Below are positions 19,097-27,893 of a DNA stretch of 52,081 nucleotides, piece after piece. The DNA comes from Williamwhitmania sp. GTDB lineage: Bacteria; Bacteroidota; Bacteroidia; Bacteroidales; Williamwhitmaniaceae. The stretch lies in contig DATKTT010000164.1 of assembly GCA_035530955.1 (NCBI GenBank), forward strand, positions 1-52,081, read 5' to 3'. The notes under the pieces are model-generated. The model was not told the DNA's origin. It saw only the letters and a list, made by a program, of their open reading frames with translations, and did not search any database. The translations under genes were made by a program, and so were the position numbers. Position 1 is the stretch's first letter. Each line of letters opens with the position of its first letter.

Positions 19097-20245
19097 ATGG
19101 AAAAAAAGAACAAGGAAAAAACGGTAAAGACTTTTACTCCAGGAAGGCAGTTTAAGGTGAAATTGAGGGGGAAAAAGCAAGCGAATGGATATTGGTCTCT
19201 GTATCTCGAATATTACTGGGGCATGAAAAAAACGGATGGTGTTACCTCCGTTCCGCAACGGAAGTTTGAGTTTCTGGATATCCATATCAAAGACAAGCCT
19301 TCAAATCCAGAAGAAAGAAAAGAAAAGGAAGAGATGCTTGCATTGGCAATGGAAATCAGAGAAAACAGGCAGAAAGAAATCCAATATGGCCAAGAAGGTA
19401 TAATCAATCCAAAACGAAGGCAGATTAACTTCATTGATTATTTCCAGAAATTTCATGACAACTATGCGAACAAGGATATTAGAATTGTTCGGTATTGCTT
19501 AAAGCACTTCAAACAGTTTGTTGGCGAAAGTTACATTGCCCCACATGAAGTTACAGAAGATTTCTTAAGAAGGTTTAAGGTGTACTTGGAAGAACACTTA
19601 AACGGTGAAACCCCACATAACTACTTTACAAAAATGAAGAAAGTCGTTAAGCAGGCATACAACGATAAAATCTTGATTAGTAATACAGGAGAGAATATTC
19701 CGAACACAAGAAACGAGGGGTTGAAAAAGGATATTCTAAGCCTAGAAGAAATACAGAAGCTAGCACTTGCCGAGTGTAGTAATGAAGAGATTAAAAGAGC
19801 CTTTTTGTTTTCTCTTAACACAGGTCTCCGGTTTTGTGATATTAAGGAACTTAGATGGCAAAATGTATATGATGATAGAGTTGTGATCAAAAGCCAGAAG
19901 AAAACGGGGAAGCCAGTTTATATAGACTTGAATCAGAATGTAAAGAAAATTCTTGAAGTACCTCATGGAGAGTATGATGAATTCGTATTTCAACTGCCTA
20001 CACTCACAGGTTGCTTAAAAACTTTAAAAACTTGGACAAGAAATGCAGGTATTAAGAAGAATATTACTTGGCATAGTGCAAGGCATTCGATTGCTGTAAA
20101 TATGTTAACACTGGGCACTGATATAAAAACAGTAAGCGGGATTCTTGGTCATTCTAGTTTAAAGCATACTGAGAAATATACACGCATTGTTGACGAACTA
20201 AAGAAAAAAGCAGTTAACACATTACCTAACATTGAATTATCATGA
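19097..20245 (+). CDS. int: Tyrosine integrase (Bacteroidota arm-binding + SAM-like + catalytic domains)
   Basis: SLYLEYY arm domain; catalytic set TGLRFCD, QKKT, WHSARH, LGH, TEKY all intact. Confidence 0.95.
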   Translation: MEKKNKEKTVKTFTPGRQFKVKLRGKKQANGYWSLYLEYYWGMKKTDGVTSVPQRKFEFLDIHIKDKPSNPEERKEKEEMLALAMEIRENRQKEIQYGQEGIINPKRRQINFIDYFQKFHDNYANKDIRIVRYCLKHFKQFVGESYIAPHEVTEDFLRRFKVYLEEHLNGETPHNYFTKMKKVVKQAYNDKILISNTGENIPNTRNEGLKKDILSLEEIQKLALAECSNEEIKRAFLFSLNTGLRFCDIKELRWQNVYDDRVVIKSQKKTGKPVYIDLNQNVKKILEVPHGEYDEFVFQLPTLTGCLKTLKTWTRNAGIKKNITWHSARHSIAVNMLTLGTDIKTVSGILGHSSLKHTEKYTRIVDELKKKAVNTLPNIELS

Positions 20246-20820
20246 TACTAAATACAGTTAGAAACGACAAGGTTCCTGCACTTCGGGAATTTATTGATAA
20301 GGTACTACCCAAACATCGGGAATATTACCTAAAAGAGAATGAAAATGCCAATGAGTTGGATTTTCTGGAATCGCTGAAAGAAATATATACAATTGACTTG
20401 AGCGACTATATCCGAATTAAGGGAAACGATTTTTTTGATGACGAAATTCACAAGAACAAGAGAATTATCGAGTATCTAAACAACCAGATTCAGCAATACA
20501 AAATCGGTCAATTAATTATGGTTAGTATAAGGGATAAGAAAGACAATAAAACTCAACTAAGCATTGATAGTAGCAAGCGGGTTTTAACACTGGAAGAAGC
20601 TGCAACTTTCACAGGATTTTCTAAGTCGTACCTCTACAAACTAACATCCGGGGGAATTATTGAGTTCTCGAAGCCTAACGGTAAAACCATATTTTTTGAA
20701 AGGGAATATCTTGAAAAGTGGATGTTGTCAGGTAAATCTAAAAAGAAGGAAGATATTGAACGTGAAGCATTAAGTTATTGTACGCTAACAGCCTGGAAAG
20801 GAGGTCATTATGGAAAGTAA
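20242..20820 (+). CDS. Excisionase-like HTH_17 protein with N-terminal extension
   Basis: VLTLEEAATFTGFSKSYLYKLTS..I.FSKPNGKTIFF..LEKW; overlaps the int stop (ATGA). Confidence 0.8.
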   Translation: MILNTVRNDKVPALREFIDKVLPKHREYYLKENENANELDFLESLKEIYTIDLSDYIRIKGNDFFDDEIHKNKRIIEYLNNQIQQYKIGQLIMVSIRDKKDNKTQLSIDSSKRVLTLEEAATFTGFSKSYLYKLTSGGIIEFSKPNGKTIFFEREYLEKWMLSGKSKKKEDIEREALSYCTLTAWKGGHYGK

Positions 20821-22828
20821 TGCAACACCTTGTGAGCCGGTACTATTAATTAACCCTGCGCTGGTTTATTTTGATAAGGGGATATTAACTGTTCCAGTTC
20901 GTTTGTCTGATGGAAAACCTATGGTGGATTTGGAAAGGTTTTTAAAAGAGGAAGTAACTCGATCTGATTTGAAAATAATGTTTGAGGAGTTTGATACAGA
21001 GACTTATGGTATAGCTATCCTTACGAATAGCAGATTTGGTAATTGTGAGGGAATTCGTTTTAGGGGAAGTAGAGAGGAAATTAGAGCGACAATAAATGAT
21101 ATACTTTCTTCTCGAAGCCTTCAACATTTAAGTAGTGAAAATAAGATTTTGATTAACAGTCATGCAGAAGGGTTCGATATAATTTACATGTTGCCAGAAA
21201 TGGGTTTATCACCAGTTACTACTGATGAGAAAATCGATATTGTAGGTAATCGGAAACCGTATATTGAAGTTATTGGGAAAGATGGTTATTTAATTGTTTT
21301 CCCAACAAAGGGATATGGCATTGAATCAAAGAACTTTTTTTCATCAACCATCTCAATAAGTGATAGAAATACGCTGATTGAACTGGCTCTGTTGTATGAT
21401 CAACCATTGAATAGTTATATGGACGGAATGGTATACGGACGGAAAGAATACTTGGTTCGTATTGCAAATGAATATAATGCCAATTCTACAAGTAAATCTA
21501 CTATTAGCAGTTATCTAAGAGAAGAGTTAAAATGGGAAAGGCATACAAAGAATATCTGGGTTAAGAGAATATCTGATACAGAAATTGTGTATGGGTCGAT
21601 GGATTTCATTAAGCAAGATAGTTTTTTTGTTTTGCATAAAATTGGGCCATTTGAACCCAAAACGCTTTATAAACCTTTTGATATTAGGGTCATACAGGCT
21701 GGTGGAGATTATTTAAAAGTTGCCTATGACGTTTGCTCTAAAATACCTAAGTTGGATGCTGCAGAATTATTGCGACATGAAAAAATCCTACAAGACTTTC
21801 GAAAGTCTCATGTGTCAATAATGGAGGAATATATTGAGTCAGACCCCATCATCTACACTGAAGATGATGGAGGGAAATATGAGATTTGTTCTAAGAACAA
21901 CATCTCGGTACTAAGCGGTAAAGCAAAAGTTGGGAAAACCCTATTGTTGAGTGAGGTAATAAGTTCAGCATTTATGGATAATGGGGTGTTCCTGTTTTCT
22001 CCAAGTATCTCAGGAAAGAAAGTGGTTTACTTTGATACGGAGCAGTCAAGAAACCATTCTAGAAAGATTAATGAGCGAGTTTTACAAAAATCTAAGAAAA
22101 GCAAGGCGTTTATTTCGGAAAGGTTTGAATTGTACAATATCACAAAGTTAAGCCCGAAAGAGAGGGTTGAGGTAATAGAGGACAACTTGTATAGCGATTC
22201 TGAGATTGCAATATTGATAATAGATGGAATCGTGGATCTCATTGGTAATTATAATAATCCAGAGGAAGTTTCGGTATTAATGTCAAAACTGCTTAAATGG
22301 AAGGATGAAAACCCAATACACATTATGGTAGTTATACACGAAAACAAGGGAAATTCACTACTTCGGGGTCATTTGGGTACTGAATTAATGAATAAAGCTG
22401 AAACCATAATTGGGGTATCAAAAACCAAAGATATAATCAAGGTGAAATGTAAAGCATCAAGAAACAGGGATTTTGAACCTAAGGCATTTAAAATACTTGA
22501 AGGTGGATTTCTTGAGCCTATTACAAAACTCTCTGATAAAAAAGAAGATAATTCCATTGAGAACTATACAGAAGATGAACATATTGATTTATTAGCAACT
22601 GTTTTTGATAGTGTTGATGAAATGCAATACAAAGAATTGATAACTAATCTTAAAGAATCTCTATTGGTAAAATTCGAAATAAAGATCGGGGTTAATAAGG
22701 TAAAGAGTTTGATTTCAAAATATTGTGAGGATCATCTATTGCAAAAGGTTAGAAAAGGTGTTTATTCTTTTAAGTTTGATTTGGTTGGTTCGGGTGTTCA
22801 TGGTGAGGATGAAGAAAAAACTACTTAA
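20810..22828 (+). CDS. Degenerate Prim-Pol domain fused to AAA_25/RecA-like ATPase (replication protein)
   Basis: N-terminal ALVY..G..VPV..KP / GIAILT / G.DGYLIVFPT.GY pattern; Walker A GKAKVGKT, YFDTEQ, Walker B IIDG, IHENK..RGHLG. Confidence 0.7.
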   Translation: MESNATPCEPVLLINPALVYFDKGILTVPVRLSDGKPMVDLERFLKEEVTRSDLKIMFEEFDTETYGIAILTNSRFGNCEGIRFRGSREEIRATINDILSSRSLQHLSSENKILINSHAEGFDIIYMLPEMGLSPVTTDEKIDIVGNRKPYIEVIGKDGYLIVFPTKGYGIESKNFFSSTISISDRNTLIELALLYDQPLNSYMDGMVYGRKEYLVRIANEYNANSTSKSTISSYLREELKWERHTKNIWVKRISDTEIVYGSMDFIKQDSFFVLHKIGPFEPKTLYKPFDIRVIQAGGDYLKVAYDVCSKIPKLDAAELLRHEKILQDFRKSHVSIMEEYIESDPIIYTEDDGGKYEICSKNNISVLSGKAKVGKTLLLSEVISSAFMDNGVFLFSPSISGKKVVYFDTEQSRNHSRKINERVLQKSKKSKAFISERFELYNITKLSPKERVEVIEDNLYSDSEIAILIIDGIVDLIGNYNNPEEVSVLMSKLLKWKDENPIHIMVVIHENKGNSLLRGHLGTELMNKAETIIGVSKTKDIIKVKCKASRNRDFEPKAFKILEGGFLEPITKLSDKKEDNSIENYTEDEHIDLLATVFDSVDEMQYKELITNLKESLLVKFEIKIGVNKVKSLISKYCEDHLLQKVRKGVYSFKFDLVGSGVHGEDEEKTT

Positions 22829-22896
22829 CTGAAGTTTAAGTTAGGTTAGTTTAGTTTAGATAAGCCTATACATATAGGCTTAATCTAAACTGAAGT
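22827..22896. repeat. Ori-like inverted repeat and iterons after the rep gene
   Basis: AGTTTAGATAAGCCTATA-ca-TATAGGCTTAATCTAAACT (22853-22891), flanking AACTGAAGT direct repeats, tandem AGTT(T/A) pentamers. Confidence 0.65.
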
Positions 22897-23092
22897 AAAG
22901 TAACTGTGAACGGATTGTGAAAGAGTTGTTTTTAGGCCTTTTGGGCGAATTAAACCGATGTTTTAGGATTTAATGTTTTTCAGAAAAAACGGTCGTTTTC
23001 TTAACGAGTTGTTGTTCAGTAAAATAAATGCATTTTTCTTGGTGCTTTATTACCTAAAAAAGTATCTTAGCCACGTTTTTAATAAACAGTGT

Positions 23093-23728
23093 ATGAGAAC
23101 GATAGGATACATAAGAGTTTCGACTGAGAAGCAAGATTTGGATAAGCAGCGGTTCCTGTTACTTGAATACGCTCACAAGGAACGGATACAAATTGATGAG
23201 TTTGTTGAGGTAGAAGTATCTTCAAGAAAAAGTCAAACCGAAAGGCGAATAGATGAGTTGCTAACAAAGTTAGAGGAGGGCGATCTTTTACTCGTCATAG
23301 AATTAAGTAGGTTAGGGCGCAACATGCTTGAAACTTTAAATATTGCGAACACGCTTACAGAACGAGGAATTTCTTTGCGATGTATTCGCCAACCTGAGAT
23401 TAATACTTCCGGGGTTCACGGAAAATTGATTATGGCCATTTTTGGATACTTTGCGGAAGCAGAAAGAGACTTTATCTCGCTTCGAACAAAGCAAGGTCTG
23501 GAAGCAGCAAGGGCACAAGGCAAAAAGTTAGGTCGCCCCAAAGGATGTAAAAATAAGAAAGGTCTTGTTCTCGACCCTTTCAAGGACGAAATTATGGCTT
23601 ACATGAAGTTGGGTTTGCCAGTTGCTTCAATCAGAAAGATAATTAACGGAAAGGTTGAAAGGAAACTCTCCTACAATACCTATTCAACCTATGTGATGGG
23701 ATTAAACGGGGATGGAATTTTTATCTAA
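23093..23728 (+). CDS. Small serine recombinase (resolvase/invertase family)
   Basis: MRTIGYIRVST (catalytic Ser), ELSRLGR, AEAERDFISLRTKQGL, GKKLGRP; ATG 23093 preferred. Confidence 0.92.
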   Translation: MRTIGYIRVSTEKQDLDKQRFLLLEYAHKERIQIDEFVEVEVSSRKSQTERRIDELLTKLEEGDLLLVIELSRLGRNMLETLNIANTLTERGISLRCIRQPEINTSGVHGKLIMAIFGYFAEAERDFISLRTKQGLEAARAQGKKLGRPKGCKNKKGLVLDPFKDEIMAYMKLGLPVASIRKIINGKVERKLSYNTYSTYVMGLNGDGIFI

Positions 23729-23743
23729 CTGAAATCAAACACT

Positions 23744-24412
23744 ATGAAAGCGGGCTTTTTACAAAACTTTACACAATTCGGTGATCTCCTGAGTGATTTG
23801 GTTAACCGAACAAAACCAAAAGAAGAAAGAATGGTTCCGGAACGCCCAGTAAAGTATACTGAGGATGACAATTTTGAAGGGATACAGGAGATTTTACTCC
23901 TGAAAATGGCATTGGAATACTCCGATGATGTGGTATTGAAAGAAGAAACGGGAAATATTACCCGGGTATCTGATGAAGAAAGGACTTTGCAGTTTCAAAG
24001 GAATCAGCACACCATTAAACAGGCATTGGAAGCCTATATCTCGGTTCATGGGAAAATGCCAAGCCAAGCAACTTTAGCAAAACTGACAGGTTTTTCAAGC
24101 CCCACCATTTACGCACACTTTCGGGAAGGGGCATTGAATTTGAAACTCAGGGAGGAAATGGCAAAGTTGAAGCTGGTCAGTTCGAACTTATTTGCAAAGT
24201 TGTATCAGCTTGCAATGGATGGAGATAAACAGGCAATTAAGATGGTTTTTGATATACTGGCCTTAGGTCAGAAGATGCAAGCAGGAACGCAAAGTAACTA
24301 CATTCAGGTTAACAATCTGAAAATACAAAACCACAACCTTGATAGGCTAACCTCAAGAACAAAAAAGAAAATTGAAAGGTTAATCAGAAAGGATTTAAGA
24401 CTTGAAGATTAA
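23744..24412 (+). CDS. HTH-containing hypothetical protein, weakly terminase-small-subunit-like
   Basis: HTH MPSQATLAKLTGFSSPTIYAHF followed by LYQLAMDGDKQAIKM. Confidence 0.5.
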   Translation: MKAGFLQNFTQFGDLLSDLVNRTKPKEERMVPERPVKYTEDDNFEGIQEILLLKMALEYSDDVVLKEETGNITRVSDEERTLQFQRNQHTIKQALEAYISVHGKMPSQATLAKLTGFSSPTIYAHFREGALNLKLREEMAKLKLVSSNLFAKLYQLAMDGDKQAIKMVFDILALGQKMQAGTQSNYIQVNNLKIQNHNLDRLTSRTKKKIERLIRKDLRLED

Positions 24413-24413
24413 C

Positions 24414-24635
24414 CTACTCCTTGAAATCGACAAGATCAGACAAGCTAATTTCTAGAGCTACACTAATTCTATGTAATAGCCAAAGAGTACAATTAGTTCT
24501 CCCTTTCTCAATCCTCCTTAATGCGCTATCCTCAATATCCAATTTACGAGCCAGTTCGATTTGCTTCAAATCTTTAGCCTCTCGCAGTTTAACGATTCTT
24601 TTGCCCAGCTGTATTTGAATCTCCTCTTTGGTCAT
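24414..24635 (-). CDS. XRE-family HTH regulator (R-M controller-protein-like)
   Basis: LGKRIVKLRE..LKQIELA...RIEKGRTN.TL..L.RIS.ALEI; ATG 24635 preferred. Confidence 0.88.
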   Translation of the reverse strand: MTKEEIQIQLGKRIVKLREAKDLKQIELARKLDIEDSALRRIEKGRTNCTLWLLHRISVALEISLSDLVDFKE

Positions 24636-24687
24636 TAATGGATATAGATTGACCAAACAAGGTTCTAATATTTGGACAAACTATTCA

Positions 24688-24701
24688 GAACATATATGTT
24701 C
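24688..24701. promoter_or_regulatory. Palindromic operator GAACATATATGTTC
   Basis: Perfect 14-bp palindrome between the divergent XRE gene and the lipoprotein gene. Confidence 0.6.
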
Positions 24702-24778
24702 GGATTGTTGTAATATTTTATTATTTTAGTAGTCTATTATTGTAAGTCGAGACTGTTAAAACCGCAAAACTTGATACC

Positions 24779-25201
24779 ATGAAAAGGATAACACTTTTAT
24801 TTTCCGTATTAATTATTGGATTACTTTTTGGCTGTACAGCTGGTTCAACAAAGGAAGATAAACCAGTTACTAATGAACAAAAGAAAGAGGTGTTAAGGTA
24901 TTTAATGAGCGGAATTTGGGTAAATGAGTATAACCTTACCGCTGAAATTGACCTTGTGCAAGAAAGACCATTCTGGAAGGATAAGAATGGTAACATTTAC
25001 TATCTTGAATTAGTTGCCTATGATTTGGATAACTTAACCATAATTGCAAAAGAAAGTAACAGCTCTGCAAGGTCAAATGGTGTAACCTTGCGTTTAATAA
25101 GGTTAGATAATGACAGTTATGCACTAACTTGGAAGTATGATAGGGGTAAATTGCTCTTTTGCAACTTCGTAAGAAAGCTTGACAGATATATGGATAAATA
25201 A
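24779..25201 (+). CDS. Hypothetical lipoprotein
   Basis: MKRITLLFSVLIIGLLFG-C lipobox. Confidence 0.7.
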   Translation: MKRITLLFSVLIIGLLFGCTAGSTKEDKPVTNEQKKEVLRYLMSGIWVNEYNLTAEIDLVQERPFWKDKNGNIYYLELVAYDLDNLTIIAKESNSSARSNGVTLRLIRLDNDSYALTWKYDRGKLLFCNFVRKLDRYMDK

Positions 25202-25265
25202 GGAATAGAATAACTTTATTAAGCCCTCAACGTGCCATTGCTTAAGTTTTTTTTAAATTATAGAC

Positions 25266-25715
25266 ATGAACAGCTGTAAGCCATTCAGAGAATTAAAATC
25301 TGCCGAAACTTGTGTAATTTGTGGGAGGTCTCGGGTAGAGTCTGGGATCATGATAGTATCCCAGAAAGCAAGGGGTCTCGGCTTTTCGGATACACCTATC
25401 GGAGGAGGTGGCAAGAAAAAGCAGTATAGAAGCATACCCCTCAATGAAGGCAGAATTGAGTTTATGGTTTTCTGGGGAGAGGTTGGGTTCTGGTCTCAGA
25501 CATCTATGGAAAAAGCGATAGAGATGCATCACAATAATTTGCACCCTTGGTTTTGTTCTTATTGTGGAAATAGAACATGTTCGATTTGTGGTGCACCTTT
25601 GAAATCACCTGTCGGCTCTGACTATTTAACAATAAAAGGTGAAATGTTTCACAACCCCATTCTGGGGGTAAAAATACCATGTTCCAATTTGAAATGTAAA
25701 TCCAATCAATATTAA
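25266..25715 (+). CDS. Hypothetical Cys-rich (zinc-finger-like) protein
   Basis: CVICG, CSYCG, CSICG and CSNLKC motifs; co-oriented with neighbours. Confidence 0.5.
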   Translation: MNSCKPFRELKSAETCVICGRSRVESGIMIVSQKARGLGFSDTPIGGGGKKKQYRSIPLNEGRIEFMVFWGEVGFWSQTSMEKAIEMHHNNLHPWFCSYCGNRTCSICGAPLKSPVGSDYLTIKGEMFHNPILGVKIPCSNLKCKSNQY

Positions 25716-25739
25716 CGGAATTAATCTAATCTTACTGAA

Positions 25740-27434
25740 ATGAATAAAATACTAATACTTGGCCTAATTTGTTTGAGTTTGAATACCTACTCACAAACCC
25801 AAGAGTATTCAGGGACATATAAAGGAAAGAAAACATCCGGGAAGGCTTTATACACCTACATTCAGCAAAGTGATAGCAGGGTTTTTGATGGCATCTTTCG
25901 TTACAAGTCAGAATACCTCACAATATCTGGACATTTCAAGGACAACCTGAAGACTGGTCTTTGGGAAATGACCAACACAATGAAAACAGATTACGTTTGC
26001 AAAAATTGCTATAACTCCGTGAAAGGGGGGTATGTAAATGGGTTATTGAGTGGAGAATGGATTTATCAAATCCATAGCGAAGAGAATGCTTATAATGCAA
26101 ATGATTTAACTAACCCGCAGAAAGTCAAAAAAGCCGATATAATATATAGAGTTAATTTTTCTAATGGCAAATTTTCAGGAGTATTTGACACAAGAGGAGC
26201 AAAAGGGGCTTTCAATGAAAATGGTTTGATAAATGGGCCGTGGAAAGTAGTTGATAGTGATGGTAATGTTATCAATTATGAATTTTCTAACGGAGTCTTA
26301 ATCAAATATACCAAAACGAATTATTCAACTGGTGATGTTCTAGAGAAATGGTCAAACCTTTATGATATAGAAAAGATTAGGTCAAACTTGGATACCAATA
26401 CAAATATTTCCCTTGTGGATGGTCAGTTTTATAGGTTAGATCGTCCAAATACTAATACTGAGGAGAGTAATTTCCCTTATAAATTGGATAATCTATTTGA
26501 GGCTATTAATTTTTGGTTTGATTATCAGGGGTTTGAGTATTTATTTGAGATTGAAAGGGGAAGCAAGCCGCCTAAAGCAGATTATTATATTCAGGTGGAA
26601 GTATTAAAAAAGGAGACAGCAGAAAAATTAATTGCGAATAGCAATAATCATTTGTTTGTTGCTTATTTAAGGGAAAAGAAACAGGAAGAAGAGCGTGAGG
26701 AACAAAGGAAAATTGAAGAACTTTCAAAATATGGCCCGTTAGATGTAGTGAGGACTTCACTTCCCCTAGGGGCAAAAATAACGATAGCTAAAAACGCTGT
26801 GTTTAGCATTATACTCAAAAATGAGGGAGGAAGAACTTTAAGTCATGTGAGATGCACTGTCTCAGGAGAAAGAAATGGTTTTGTAACAAGAAATAATATA
26901 GCATATTTTGATACTATTGCACCACAGCAAGAGGTAGAAATTAAGGATTTCTCCGTGTTTGTACCCGGTAACTATAAGAGTGGAGATACATTGTTTTTCA
27001 AGATTAAGATTGATAATTCGGCGAGAGCCATGGAATCTAAATTTCATATTATTGTTGGCACACAGAACTTAAAAATAGTTGGATGTCCTTTCGAAATCAG
27101 ATGGAAACCGTATTTGAATTCTCGATGTGATTTTAAAAAAGGAGGAAAAATGGAATGTTGGGTTAAAAATAATTCTGAATTCTCGTTTAAGAATTTAACT
27201 TTTACATTGCAAACTTATGATGGCATTTTGTTGCCAAATCGTTTTAACATACCAGTTATTGATTCAGGGCAGGAAATTGAATTGTTTAAGGCTGGGGATG
27301 ATTATGCTTTTGAAATCCAGTCAAATAGAAAGTTGATTAAAGTTAATTTTACCCTAATGAATAATGAACTTCAATGTTCGAAAACAATTGAAATAACTGA
27401 ATACTCGCCAAAAACTTCAATGAAACAGAAATAA
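25740..27434 (+). CDS. Secreted protein with MORN/YwqK-like repeats, coiled coil and C-terminal beta-sandwich domains
   Basis: Signal peptide; G.F.D..K.G.W / G.Y.NG...G.W repeats; EKKQEEEREEQRKIEE; Ig/CARDB-like I.LKNEGG..L..V. Confidence 0.6.
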   Translation: MNKILILGLICLSLNTYSQTQEYSGTYKGKKTSGKALYTYIQQSDSRVFDGIFRYKSEYLTISGHFKDNLKTGLWEMTNTMKTDYVCKNCYNSVKGGYVNGLLSGEWIYQIHSEENAYNANDLTNPQKVKKADIIYRVNFSNGKFSGVFDTRGAKGAFNENGLINGPWKVVDSDGNVINYEFSNGVLIKYTKTNYSTGDVLEKWSNLYDIEKIRSNLDTNTNISLVDGQFYRLDRPNTNTEESNFPYKLDNLFEAINFWFDYQGFEYLFEIERGSKPPKADYYIQVEVLKKETAEKLIANSNNHLFVAYLREKKQEEEREEQRKIEELSKYGPLDVVRTSLPLGAKITIAKNAVFSIILKNEGGRTLSHVRCTVSGERNGFVTRNNIAYFDTIAPQQEVEIKDFSVFVPGNYKSGDTLFFKIKIDNSARAMESKFHIIVGTQNLKIVGCPFEIRWKPYLNSRCDFKKGGKMECWVKNNSEFSFKNLTFTLQTYDGILLPNRFNIPVIDSGQEIELFKAGDDYAFEIQSNRKLIKVNFTLMNNELQCSKTIEITEYSPKTSMKQK

Positions 27435-27861
27435 CCAGGAGAGAATGTTTATTTAAAGGTCGAAATTTCAGTTCCGCTGCTGCCTAATGGTTTTTATTGG
27501 GTCGGGTAGAGAAAGTTTGACATAATTATCGATAACAGGCCGAATTTCATTCCTTATTGTTTCCTTAGTTTTCCTTTTATATTTTTACATGAACACTCAG
27601 AATAGAAAAAAGGAACACACTAATGTGTTGACTTTGTTTGACTATTTGTAGGGTGCATGTTTTTTTCCTGTAATTTCCCTGAAATTAGCGTAACGAAAAG
27701 TGAGAATCCTACGTACCTAAACGATACCAGTTTATACGGTATTGGGATGAAACAGAGACAGAACTTTTTGCTCCTCGCCTAAAACTTTCAATCTGTCAGA
27801 ATTTTATTCCCTTATGATAAATTTTAAAAGCATAAGAATCTGAAATTGACCTAAGATTTCT

Positions 27862-27869
27862 TATTTTTG
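27862..27869 (+). promoter_or_regulatory. Sigma-A -7 box (TATTTTTG) for the hsdR operon
   Basis: TAnnTTTG 24 nt before ATG 27894. Confidence 0.5.
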
Positions 27870-27893
27870 AAAGAAACGTTTTTTACTGGGTCA

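Noticed and set aside
22830-22905. CRISPR array or microsatellite
   Set aside because: Short degenerate pentamers with no repeat-spacer periodicity; no cas genes in the window.
27435-27860. Long intergenic region as an ncRNA
   Set aside because: Only weak repeats (AGGTCGAAATTTCA vs AGGCCGAATTTCA) and no convincing structure; would need an Infernal/Rfam search.
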